Source: an uncultured Gemmatimonadales bacterium (GTDB lineage: Bacteria; Gemmatimonadota; Gemmatimonadetes; Longimicrobiales; RSA9). From it: a DNA stretch of 64,000 nt. The notes under the pieces are model-generated. The model ran no database searches, was not told the DNA's origin, and saw nothing but the letters and a program-made list of their open reading frames with translations. The position numbers were made by a program, and so were the translations under genes. Of this stretch, positions 52,037 to 61,556 are shown piece by piece. Position 1 is the stretch's first letter. Each line of letters starts with the position of its first letter. The stretch is taken from the NCBI GenBank assembly GCA_963798845.1, contig CAWCUS010000004.1, forward strand, positions 416,001-480,000, written 5' to 3'.

Positions 52037-53173
52037 ACCGTCCGGCCACCGTCCCGGCCACCGGCCGCGCTCCCGCCGCACCTCCCCCTGACGGGGTGGC
52101 GCGTCCGGAGCGGGCCTCTGCCCCGGGGAAGCTCATCCTCATGGGCGAGCATTCGGTGGTCTACGGCCAACCCGCCGTGGCCGCGGCCGTGCAGCGGCGA
52201 TATGCGCGTGACAGTGTCGCCGCGAACGCCGTCGGCAGAGCCCGGCGTCGCCCTGAAGCTGGGCCGCCATGCTCCCGTGTTCGTGCCGTGGAGCGAGGCC
52301 GTACGGGAGGTCGAGGCGGCCGTTGCGGCGGCAGGACGTGGCCGGGGCGACGGCGCGGCTCTCGCCGTGACGGCGCTGGGGGAGGCCGCGCGCCGCATCG
52401 GAGGCCAGCCGCCTTCCTTCGACGTCACGGTGGACAGCGACATCCCCGCCGGCCACGGCATGGGCAGCTCTGCCGCGCTCGCCCTGGCGATCCTCGACGC
52501 GGTCTGCCGTGCGGCTGGCCGTGGGCTCGATCGCGAAGCGCTCGAGGCAGCGGCTCACGTCGTCGAGCGCCGGCAGCACGGCGCCCCTTCCGGCGTCGAC
52601 GTCGCCACGGTCCTGAGAGGCGGCGTCATATGCGCGTCCGCGCACGAACCGACCGGCCAAGCCGGGCGCGCGGACGCCCCCCGCCTCCGGTTCCACGCCC
52701 TCGATGCCAGCTCCGCATCGCTGTCGCGCCTGCGCGTGTTCGACTCGGGGTGTCCGGCGAACGGGACGGGCGAGGTCGTGAGGGCGGTGCGGCGTCGCCT
52801 GGACGCGGATCCCGGCCTCGAAAGCGAGCTGGAGCGGATGGGCCGGCTGGCGGCCGGCTTCGCGGATCTCCTCGTCGCCGGTGACGACCCGGCGGCCGAG
52901 GCGAAGGCGATCCGGGAGTTCCAGGCGGCCCTGGAATCGCTCGGCGTGGTCCCGCCGTCCGCGGCGCGCCTGATCCGCCGCATCGAAGCGGAAGGCGGGG
53001 CGGCCAAGGTCTCCGGCGCGGGCGGCCTGTGCGATGGCGAGGATGGGAGGCCGGGCGCGGGCATGATCCTGGTCCACCACGAGGACCCGGAGCGCGTGCT
53101 CCGCTGGCCGTTCCTCGGCGGGCTCGAGCCCGTCGACGCCCTCGTCGGCGGCCCCGGGCTGGAGGCGTGGTGA
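52033..53173 (+). CDS. mvk: Mevalonate kinase; +1 frameshift at about 52200
   Basis: SAPGKLILMGEHSVVYG in the 52033 frame; IPAGHGMGSSAA, HGAPSGVD and KVSGAGG in the 52202 frame; junction CGG CGA T ATG. Confidence 0.85.
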
Positions 53174-54192
53174 GCGTCGTGCGCGCGGGCTCCGCCCTGG
53201 AGGTGTCGACGTGGATGGCTCCCGCCAACATTGCGCTCGTCAAGTACTGGGGCTCGCGTGATCCCAATGCAGGGCTGCCGGTGAACGCCTCCGTCTCCAT
53301 GACTCTGGATCGGTGCGTCGCCACGTGCACGGTGCGTCCGCGCCGGGGCGGCGGGGTCCGCGTCATGCGCGACGATGGACACCGGCTGGCGCCCGCGCCC
53401 CCGCCGCTCCGCGACCCGGTGGCCGCGCACGTCCAGCGCGTCGCGCGGCGGGCCCAGTGGGATGGCGGGGCCAATGTGGCCGTGCACGTGAACTTCCCGG
53501 TGGCGGCGGGGCTGGCCTCCTCGGCGGCGATCTTCGCGGCCGTCACCTGCGCGGCGGCCTCGGCCTTCGGCCTGGAGCTTTCCGCGGGCGACCTGGCGAA
53601 CCTCGCCCGCGCCGGCGGCTCCGGCTCCGCGGCACGGTCGGTCACCGGCGGTTACGTCGAGTGGCGGCCGGGCGCCGACGGAAGCGGCACCGAGCTGCAG
53701 ATCGTCGCGCCGGCCTCGCACTGGAGCCTGGCCGACGTCATCGCCATCGCCGATCCGACGCCGAAGCGCGTGTCATCGCGCGAAGGCCACCGCCGCGCAT
53801 TCACCAGCCCCTATTTCGAGCGGCGCCTCGCGCTTCTGGACGCCCGCGTCGCGCGGGTTCGGGAGGCGATCGCGGCGCGCGACCTCGCCGCCCTGGGCGA
53901 GGTCGTGGAGGAGGAGGCCACGGACCTGCACCTGATCGCCATGTCGTCCAGGCCGCCGATCCGCTACTGGCGCCCGGCCACGGTGGCGATCCTGGAGACG
54001 GTGGAGGCTCTCCGACAGGACGGGCGGGCCGCGTGGAGCACCCTCGATGCCGGTCCGAACGTCCACGTGATATGCGATCCGGACGTGGAGGAGGACGTGG
54101 CGGCGCGTCTCGCTGCCGTCCCCGGCGTTCAGCGCGTGATCCGGGACCGCACCGGCCGTGGTCCGGCCGTGTCGCCGGAGCACCTGTTGTGA
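53170..54192 (+). CDS. mvaD: Mevalonate-(di)phosphate decarboxylase, probably phosphomevalonate decarboxylase
   Basis: APANIALVKYWG, FPVAAGLASSAA, GSGSAARS, VSSREGH, TLDAGPNVHV. Confidence 0.9.
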   Translation: MSVVRAGSALEVSTWMAPANIALVKYWGSRDPNAGLPVNASVSMTLDRCVATCTVRPRRGGGVRVMRDDGHRLAPAPPPLRDPVAAHVQRVARRAQWDGGANVAVHVNFPVAAGLASSAAIFAAVTCAAASAFGLELSAGDLANLARAGGSGSAARSVTGGYVEWRPGADGSGTELQIVAPASHWSLADVIAIADPTPKRVSSREGHRRAFTSPYFERRLALLDARVARVREAIAARDLAALGEVVEEEATDLHLIAMSSRPPIRYWRPATVAILETVEALRQDGRAAWSTLDAGPNVHVICDPDVEEDVAARLAAVPGVQRVIRDRTGRGPAVSPEHLL

Positions 54193-54203
54193 CGGAGGCG
54201 GGA

Positions 54204-55148
54204 ATGCCTGGAACGGTCACGCTCGTCAAGCTCGGTGGCAGCCTGATCACCGACAAGAACGCGCCGGGGACGGCGCGCCCGGAACTGATCCGCCAGCTGG
54301 CGGAGCAGCTGGCGAGGGCGCACCGGTGCGGGCATCGCCTGGTGGTCGGGCACGGCAGCGGCTCCTTCGGTCACCCTGAAGCCAGGCGGGCAGGGCTGAC
54401 GGGCTCCGGCGCTGACGCACCACGAGTGGCCGTCCCGGCGGGTACGGGCGCCGCAGCGCCCGTCGACGCCGCTCCTCGAGCCGGCCGGGACGCCGGAAGG
54501 CTCCGCACCGCGCAGGCGGTACCGGTCCGCGCGGCCGGTGCCCGGGGAGAGCAGGGTGATGAGGCGCCATTCCCGCCGGCCGTCGCCCGGGTCCAGGCCA
54601 GGGCTGCCGAGCTGCACCGGCTGGTCCTCGACGCGCTCCTCGCCGCCGGCGCCGCTCCCTTCTCCGTCCCCCCGTCCGCCGTGGCGGTGGCGCGGGACGG
54701 CCGGATCGAGCATTTCCACGCCGAGACGGTCCGCCTGGCGCTGGGCCGGGACTTCATCCCGGTGCTCTACGGCGACGTGGTCCTGGACCGTGTCCGGGGC
54801 GCCTCCATCTGTTCGACCGAGAGCGCGCTCGGCGCCGTGGCGGACTCGCTCCGCGCAGTCGGCTGGCGCATCGATCGCTGCCTCTGGCTTGGCGCCACAC
54901 CCGGGGTGATCGGCCCGGACGGCCGCCCATTGGAGCGGATTTCCGTCGATCAGGGACAGGTGCTCCGTTCGGCCGCCGGTGGAGCAGAAGCCCCCGACGT
55001 CACCGGCGGCATGCGCCACCGCGTGGACGCCGCCCTCGCCTTCGCCCGGGCCGGCATCCCCTCGTGGATCGGTGATGGCAGCTCGCCCGACGTCCTCGAG
55101 CGGCTCCTCGCCGACGCCGAAGTCCCCGGTACCCTCGTCGCGCCATGA
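54204..55148 (+). CDS. ipk: Isopentenyl phosphate kinase (amino-acid kinase fold)
   Basis: VKLGGSLITDK, GHGSGSFGH, PVLYGDVV, DVTGGM; GGAGG RBS. Confidence 0.88.
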   Translation: MPGTVTLVKLGGSLITDKNAPGTARPELIRQLAEQLARAHRCGHRLVVGHGSGSFGHPEARRAGLTGSGADAPRVAVPAGTGAAAPVDAAPRAGRDAGRLRTAQAVPVRAAGARGEQGDEAPFPPAVARVQARAAELHRLVLDALLAAGAAPFSVPPSAVAVARDGRIEHFHAETVRLALGRDFIPVLYGDVVLDRVRGASICSTESALGAVADSLRAVGWRIDRCLWLGATPGVIGPDGRPLERISVDQGQVLRSAAGGAEAPDVTGGMRHRVDAALAFARAGIPSWIGDGSSPDVLERLLADAEVPGTLVAP

Positions 55149-55176
55149 CCCGATCCCGCGCTCCCGGAGAGCCACG

Positions 55177-56133
55177 ATGATCGCCACCGAACGCAGGAAG
55201 CAGCTGCACTCGCTCCTGGAGGAGACCAGCCGCACGTTCGCCCTGGCCATACCACTCCTTCCGGATCCGCTCTGTACCGAGGTCACGGAGGCCTACCTGC
55301 TGTTCCGCATCGCCGACACCTTCGAGGACTCCACCCGCTGGCCGGTTCCGCGACGGACAGCCGCTCTCGACGAGATGGCCAGGGTGTTGCAGCAACGGCC
55401 CGGCTCACGCGGCGTCCGTGCCGCCCTGGCCCGCCGCTGGCGCGAAGCCCGCCCGGTGGAGCACGCGGGCTACCTCCACCTCCTGGAGAAAGCGCCCCTC
55501 GTCTTTCAGGGGCTCCAGGAGATGCGCCCCGAGGCCGCCGACATCATCGCCGGCCATACCGTCCGGACCTGTCAGGGGATGGCTTCCTTCCTCCGCCGCG
55601 CCGACGCCGATGGCGTGCTCCGGCTGCGCGACCTGGACGAGCTCCGCGCCTACTGCTACGCGGTGGCGGGGATCGTGGGCGAGATGCTCACCGAGCTCTT
55701 CCTCCTCGATTGCGACGACGCGGCCCAGCTCGGCCCCCGCCTCCGCCGCCGCGCCCGCGAGTTCGGCGAGGCGCTCCAGCTTGTGAACGTGCTGCGGGAC
55801 TCCTCGGCCGACGTGAAGGAAGGAAGATCGCTCGTGCCTGGGTCCGTGTCGCGCCAGACGCTTTTCGATCTCGCGCGCGCCGACCTGCGCCGCGCGGCCG
55901 AATACACGCTCGCTCTCCAGTCCGCCGGCGCTGATGGCGGGATCGTCGCGTTCAACGCGCTCCCCGTTCTCCTCGCCATGGCGACCCTCGACCGGGTCCA
56001 GGAGGCGGGGCCCGGGAGCAAGATCTCACGCCCGCGGGTGTGGTCCCTCATGGCGCGCCTGAAGGCCGACATCCGCCTGGGCCGTCCCGTCATCCGCCTC
56101 GAGCGCGACGAGGCCGCCAGCCGCCCCGCGTGA
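55177..56133 (+). CDS. Squalene synthase (single-enzyme farnesyl-diphosphate farnesyltransferase type)
   Basis: TSRTFALAI, YLLFRIADTFED, YCYAVAGIVG, FGEALQLVNVLRD. Confidence 0.85.
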   Translation: MIATERRKQLHSLLEETSRTFALAIPLLPDPLCTEVTEAYLLFRIADTFEDSTRWPVPRRTAALDEMARVLQQRPGSRGVRAALARRWREARPVEHAGYLHLLEKAPLVFQGLQEMRPEAADIIAGHTVRTCQGMASFLRRADADGVLRLRDLDELRAYCYAVAGIVGEMLTELFLLDCDDAAQLGPRLRRRAREFGEALQLVNVLRDSSADVKEGRSLVPGSVSRQTLFDLARADLRRAAEYTLALQSAGADGGIVAFNALPVLLAMATLDRVQEAGPGSKISRPRVWSLMARLKADIRLGRPVIRLERDEAASRPA

Positions 56134-57425
56134 CAGCCGCCCCGCCCCGGACCGTCTCCGTCGGGGTGCTGGTCACCCTGCACCGCGGCCCCGGGGAAGG
56201 GGGGCACGTCCGCTGCTGGGAGCGGTTCGCGGAGGCCGCCGTGGATACGCCCGAGCTCGACCTCACCGTCTATTTCCTCGGCGACAATGGGTCCGAGCAC
56301 CGCCTGGGGCCCCGGACCCGCTACGTCACGCTGCGACCCCGGCTGGGGACCGACCGCTTCGCTTTCCTTCGCCAGGGCGCCGGGGACACCGACCTCGCTC
56401 CCGTCCACGGCCGCCTGGCCGCGCTGCTCCCGCGCCACGACGTTCTCCACGCCACCGACACGTTCGCCTTCGGGCGCACGGCCAGGCGGGTGGCCCGGCG
56501 CTCCGGCAGGCCGCTGGTCTTCTCGTTCCACACGCACCTGCCGCGCTTCACTCGCGTGTACGCCCGCCGCATCTTCCGCCGCACCTTCGGGATGGGGGTT
56601 CCGGGATGGCTGGGTCTCGACCACGTGCTGGTGGACGCGCTCCGGGTCCACGTCTGGGCCGCCCGCCTCACACGCCGCTCCGTGGAAGGGTTCATGCGGG
56701 ACAGCCGGACCGTCTTCGTGTCCAACGAGCAGGATCGGGCCTGGGCCACCGACACCGTCCCGCCGGCGCGCGTCCGGATGCTCCGGCGCGGAATCGACCC
56801 GGAGCGCTTCCGACCCCGCGCCAATGCGGCCGTGGAGGTCCGGCGCAGGTACGCGCTCCCGGACCGGCCGCTGGTGCTTTTCGCCGGGCGAGTCGACGAC
56901 AGCAAGAACGTCCTCCTCGTGGCTCGCGCGCTCCGCCGCCTGCTGGACTCGGACGCCACCGCCCACCTGGTGGTGGTCGGGGAAGGGGAGCGCACGACCG
57001 ACCTCGCCCACATCCTGGGCCCCGCCGTCTCCTGCCTCGGGGCACTGCCCCAGGAAGCGCTCGCCGATGTCTACGCGGCGGCCGACGTCTTCGCCTTCCC
57101 ATCGCGAACCGAGACGGTCGGCAACGTGGTCATCGAGGCGCTTTCCTCCGGCCTCCCTGCCGTCGTCGCGGCCGGGACGTCGTGCGCCGAGCGCGTGGCA
57201 GGGGCCGGTCGCGTCGGGCCGGTGGATGCGGGCACCGTCGTCGCCGAAGACAGCCCGGAGGCCTGGGCCGAGGCGCTCCGCCCCTTCCTGTCTGGGAACG
57301 GCCGGAAGGCGGCGGCGAGTGCCGCGGCGCGGCGCAGGATCGAGCGCGGGTGGCCGTCCTGGAGCGACGTGCTGCGGGAGGACCTGCTCCCGGTCTGGAC
57401 CGAGCTCCGGCAGCCGCGCCCGTGA
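56130..57425 (+). CDS. GT4 (GT-B) glycosyltransferase
   Basis: HTHLP, RRGID, FAGRV..SKN, FPSRTETVGNVVIEALSSGLP; GTGA overlap with the squalene synthase. Confidence 0.88.
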   Translation: MTAAPPRTVSVGVLVTLHRGPGEGGHVRCWERFAEAAVDTPELDLTVYFLGDNGSEHRLGPRTRYVTLRPRLGTDRFAFLRQGAGDTDLAPVHGRLAALLPRHDVLHATDTFAFGRTARRVARRSGRPLVFSFHTHLPRFTRVYARRIFRRTFGMGVPGWLGLDHVLVDALRVHVWAARLTRRSVEGFMRDSRTVFVSNEQDRAWATDTVPPARVRMLRRGIDPERFRPRANAAVEVRRRYALPDRPLVLFAGRVDDSKNVLLVARALRRLLDSDATAHLVVVGEGERTTDLAHILGPAVSCLGALPQEALADVYAAADVFAFPSRTETVGNVVIEALSSGLPAVVAAGTSCAERVAGAGRVGPVDAGTVVAEDSPEAWAEALRPFLSGNGRKAAASAAARRRIERGWPSWSDVLREDLLPVWTELRQPRP

Positions 57426-57479
57426 CCGTAGGCGGCACGGGATGCCTGGCGGGCCCGGTTCGCGCATATTGATCGTCGC

Positions 57480-60059
57480 ATGACGCGATCCTGGACCCCG
57501 GACGCCGTGAAGGCGTCGTGGCGGCGGCTCGAGCCGCTGCTGGCGCTTCCGTTCCTGCTCGTGGCGGTGGTGATGATCCACCACGAGATGCGGGAGTTCC
57601 GCTGGGCCGACGTGCGCGTTGCGGTGGCCGACCTCCCCGCCGGGCACGTGGCCGTGGCCGTCCTGCTCACCGCGTTGAGCTTCCTCGTGCTGACCACGTT
57701 CGACGTCCTGGGCCTCCGCTACGCCGGCCAGCCGCTCCGCTATCGCCGCACCGCCTTCGCTTCCTTCCTCGGCTACGCGTTCAGCAACGCGCTCGGCTTC
57801 CCGCTCCTCACCGGAGCCCCGGTCCGCTACCGCCTCTACACGGCGTGGGAGGTGGAGCCGGCGCGCATCCGCGACATCGTCGCATTCTACACGGCCTCGT
57901 TCTGGATCGGCTTCCTCGCCCTCGGCGGTGTGGTCCTGTTCCTCGAGCCGATCCACATCCCGGGGCTCCTTCGACTCCCCTTCCACAATGCGCGACCCCT
58001 GGGTGCCGCCTTCGCCCTCGCCGCCGTGGCGTATGCGTCGTGGGGTGTCGCGGGCGGCCGCGGCTTGCGGTTCGGCCGCTGGCAGATCTCGCCGCCCGGA
58101 CCGGCGCTGACCTTCGCCCAGCTCGGGGTAGCCATGGCCGACTGGGCGGTGGCCGCCGCGGTGCTCTACGTCCTGCTCCCGCCCGGAAGCGGCCTGGGCT
58201 ACCCGGCCTTCATCGGCATCTTCCTGCTCGCGCAGATCGCGGGCCTGGTCAGCCATGTGCCCGGCGGGCTGGGCGTGTTCGAGGCCGTCACCCTGGCTTT
58301 TCTCCCCGATGAGATCGGACAGGGCGCCCTGCTCGCCTCCCTCCTCGTCTACCGCGCCGTCTACTACCTCCTCCCGCTCCTCGTCGCCGTCGCCGCGCTC
58401 GGCGTCTTCGAGGCGCGCCGCCGGCGCGAAGGGTTGGAGCGCGCGGCCGGCCTCATTGGCCGGGGCCTCACCCTGGTGGTCCCGCAGGCCATGGCGATCG
58501 CCACTTTCGTGGCCGGACTCGTCCTCCTTTTCTCCGGCGCTACTCCCGCAATGGGAGGACGCCTGCGCTGGCTCGATGATGTCCTCCCCCTCGGCCTCAT
58601 CGAAGCATCCCATTTCCTCGCCAGCCTGGCTGGCGGCGGCCTCCTCGTCCTCGCCTGGGGTATACAGCGACGCCTCGACGCCGCCTACCACCTCACCGTC
58701 GCCCTCCTCCTCACGGGGATCGTCTTCACGCTGCTCAAGGGGCTCGACTACGAGGAGGCCGTCGTCCTCGCCATCACGACCGGTGCCCTCGTGGCCAGCC
58801 GCGGAGAGTTCTACCGCCGCGCTTCCCTCCTCGCCGAGCCGTTCACCGCCGGGTGGGCCGCGGCCGTGCTCGGCGCGCTCATCGCCACGATCGGCCTCGG
58901 GCTCCTGGCCTACAAGAACGTGGTCTACACCGACGCTCTCTGGTGGCGCTTCGCCCGCGACGCCGACGCGCCCCGGTTCCTCCGGGCGACGGTCGGCACC
59001 CTCACGGCCGTCGGCACGTTCGCGCTCGCCCGCCTCCTCGCGCCCGCTCGCCCCTCAGCGCCGCTCCCGCCCGCCGATGACGTCGCCACCGCCGCCGACA
59101 TCGCCCGGCGCTCTCCCCGCGCGTACCCCCAGCTGGCGCTGCTCGGGGACAAGCATTTCCTCTTCGACGAGGAGCGGAGCGCGTTCCTGATGTACGGCGT
59201 CGAAGGTCGCAGCTGGGTGGCGATGGGCGATCCGGTCGGACCCGATCCGCCCGCGCGAGAGCTCGCGTGGCAGTTCCTCGAGCGCGCACACCGCCACGGT
59301 GACTGGCCCGTGTTCTACCAGGTCACGCCCGCCCGGCTGCCCCTGTACGTCGACCTCGGCCTCTCCCTGACCAAGATCGGCGAGGAGGCTCGCGTCCCGC
59401 TCCCGGAGTTCTCCCTCGAGGGCGGCCGCCGCAAGGGGATGCGCTACACGCTCCGCAAGGCCGACGACAAGGGCGCTTCGTTCCGGGTGCTCGAGCCCGA
59501 CGAGCTCGCGCAGGCCCTGCCCCGGCTGCGCGCCGTCTCCGACGACTGGATCGCCCGCAAGAACACGCGCGAGAAGGGCTTCTCCCTCGGGTTCTTCGAC
59601 GAGGCGTACCTTCGCGCGACCAGCGTGGCCGTCGTCGAGCTGCAAGGAGAGATCGTCGCTTTCGCCAACGTGCTCCGCGGCGCCGACCGCCACGAGCTCT
59701 CCGTCGACCTCATGCGCTACGCCGCCGCCGCGCCCCCGAGCACCATGGAGTACCTCTTCGTTCGGCTCCTCCTCTGGGGGCGGGACACGGGGTACGACTG
59801 GTTCAGCCTGGGCATGGCCCCGCTCGCCGGGCTCCAGGCCCGCCCCCTCGCCCCCTTCTGGGTCCGGGCTGGCGCCGCCCTGTTCCACCACGGCGAACAG
59901 TTCTACAACTTCGAGGGGCTGCGCGAGTACAAGGAGAAATTCGATCCGGTCTGGGAGCCCCGCTACATCGCTTCCCCCGGCGGACTGGCCCTCCCGCGCG
60001 TCCTGGCCAACGTGGCGACGCTCGTCAGCGGAGGCTTCCGCGGCGTCGTCGGGCGCTGA
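57480..60059 (+). CDS. mprF: Bifunctional aminoacyl-phosphatidylglycerol flippase/synthase
   Basis: N-terminal multi-TM region (VPGGLGVFE), LGDK, MGDPVG, EKGFSLG, DLMRY, LGMAPL, FYNFEGLREYKEKFDPVWEPRY. Confidence 0.94.
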   Translation: MTRSWTPDAVKASWRRLEPLLALPFLLVAVVMIHHEMREFRWADVRVAVADLPAGHVAVAVLLTALSFLVLTTFDVLGLRYAGQPLRYRRTAFASFLGYAFSNALGFPLLTGAPVRYRLYTAWEVEPARIRDIVAFYTASFWIGFLALGGVVLFLEPIHIPGLLRLPFHNARPLGAAFALAAVAYASWGVAGGRGLRFGRWQISPPGPALTFAQLGVAMADWAVAAAVLYVLLPPGSGLGYPAFIGIFLLAQIAGLVSHVPGGLGVFEAVTLAFLPDEIGQGALLASLLVYRAVYYLLPLLVAVAALGVFEARRRREGLERAAGLIGRGLTLVVPQAMAIATFVAGLVLLFSGATPAMGGRLRWLDDVLPLGLIEASHFLASLAGGGLLVLAWGIQRRLDAAYHLTVALLLTGIVFTLLKGLDYEEAVVLAITTGALVASRGEFYRRASLLAEPFTAGWAAAVLGALIATIGLGLLAYKNVVYTDALWWRFARDADAPRFLRATVGTLTAVGTFALARLLAPARPSAPLPPADDVATAADIARRSPRAYPQLALLGDKHFLFDEERSAFLMYGVEGRSWVAMGDPVGPDPPARELAWQFLERAHRHGDWPVFYQVTPARLPLYVDLGLSLTKIGEEARVPLPEFSLEGGRRKGMRYTLRKADDKGASFRVLEPDELAQALPRLRAVSDDWIARKNTREKGFSLGFFDEAYLRATSVAVVELQGEIVAFANVLRGADRHELSVDLMRYAAAAPPSTMEYLFVRLLLWGRDTGYDWFSLGMAPLAGLQARPLAPFWVRAGAALFHHGEQFYNFEGLREYKEKFDPVWEPRYIASPGGLALPRVLANVATLVSGGFRGVVGR

Positions 60060-60146
60060 CCCCTCTCCGCCCGGCATCGCCGTTGCCTTTTCCGGATGTA
60101 TGCGTGAACTTGACTCAAACGCGATCTGCAACTCCGGAATTCAGCC

Positions 60147-61556
60147 GTGCCCGATCCGGGTCGAAACGCTCCGGCCCCGAGTGCCCACGTCACCGTCACC
60201 GGACGCGTTCGGCTGGCCATTGCCGCCCTTGCCGTAGCCCTCGCCGTCCTGGCCGTCACCCCCGTCACCGTTTCCGTGCGGACCCGGGCGCTCCGGTCGG
60301 AGATCACGGAGGTCGCCGAGCCCACCAGCGCCACACTGGCGGAGATCGAGCGCACGGTGGCCCTTCAGCTCGCCGCGCTCCGGGGTTATGCGCTCTTCGG
60401 GGACAGCAGCTATCTCGCCGAGTACCGGCGCCTCGATGCCGCCGAAACCCGTGCTGCGGGGCGCCTGGACGGGCTCCCGGCGGGCCTCGACCCGGAGGTG
60501 CACCACCAGGCTACGCTGCTCTTGCGGCGGGAGCGGGAGTGGGACGTTGCGGCCCACCGCGTCCTGGCGCCGGGGGTGACGCCGGTGACGGTGGCCGCGC
60601 TCCTCAGGGACGAGGATGTGCCGCAGACGGTGCTGCGGGAGGCCGCCAGCCTGCGCGGCTCCATCCAGCTCCTGGAGCGGATCCGCCGCAGCGACATCGC
60701 GGGGGTGGAGGCCGTGGAGATCTGGGTGAACCGGTTCATGATCCTGCTGGCCGCGCTCTCCGCCATCGCGCTGGCTGTCCTGGGCCGTCAGCTCCGGCAG
60801 CTGGTCGAGGAGGCCGAGAGCAGCCGCGCCGAGCTCCAGCACGAGCTGGGGCGCCGCGCCCGGCTGATCCGGGGGATCAGCCATGATCTGAAGAACCCGC
60901 TCGGCGCCGCGGATGCGCACGCGGAGCTGCTCGAGACCGGGATCAAGGGTCCGCTCGCGGAGGAACAGAGGGCGTCGCTGCGGGCCATCCGGCGGTCGGT
61001 CCGGAGCACGGTACGGCTCATCGATGACCTGCTCCACCTCGCCCGCGCGGAGCGGGGGGAGGTCCCGGTCGAGCCGGAGGAGGTGGACTTCGCGTCGCTG
61101 GTGGCGGAGATCGCCGAGGACACCCGCTCGGAGGCCGAAGCCCACGGCCTGCGCCTCGAGCTCCGTCTCCCGGAGCAGCCGGTCCACGGGCGAACGGACC
61201 CGCGCCGAGCCCGGGAAGTACTCGGAAACCTCCTCACGAACGCCATTCGCTACACACCGGCCGGAGGCACCGTGCAGCTCAGCTTGCAGCCGCTGCCGCC
61301 GCTCGGGCGCCGCAGGGGCGCGGGGGCGCGCATCTCGGTGTCGGACACGGGGCCCGGCATCGCGCGGGACGACCGGGAGCGGATCTTCGACGAGTTCGAG
61401 CGGATCGGGCGGGACGGGCCGGGGAGCGGCCTCGGCCTTGCCATCAGCCGCGAGATGGCGCGCCTGCTCGGCGGCGACATCGAGCTGGAGTCGGAGGTGG
61501 GCCGCGGCTCCACCTTCTCACTCGTCCTCCCCGCAGGCGATGGGGGCGCGGGCTAG
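60147..61556 (+). CDS. Membrane sensor histidine kinase
   Basis: Two TMs with a periplasmic domain, ISHDLKNPL, NLLTNAIRYT, DTGPGI, GSGLGL. Confidence 0.9.
   Translation: MPDPGRNAPAPSAHVTVTGRVRLAIAALAVALAVLAVTPVTVSVRTRALRSEITEVAEPTSATLAEIERTVALQLAALRGYALFGDSSYLAEYRRLDAAETRAAGRLDGLPAGLDPEVHHQATLLLRREREWDVAAHRVLAPGVTPVTVAALLRDEDVPQTVLREAASLRGSIQLLERIRRSDIAGVEAVEIWVNRFMILLAALSAIALAVLGRQLRQLVEEAESSRAELQHELGRRARLIRGISHDLKNPLGAADAHAELLETGIKGPLAEEQRASLRAIRRSVRSTVRLIDDLLHLARAERGEVPVEPEEVDFASLVAEIAEDTRSEAEAHGLRLELRLPEQPVHGRTDPRRAREVLGNLLTNAIRYTPAGGTVQLSLQPLPPLGRRRGAGARISVSDTGPGIARDDRERIFDEFERIGRDGPGSGLGLAISREMARLLGGDIELESEVGRGSTFSLVLPAGDGGAG

Noticed and set aside
11700..52210. Programmed ribosomal frameshifting at the three broken genes
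   Set aside because: No canonical slippery heptamers at the junctions; single-base assembly errors are the simpler explanation.
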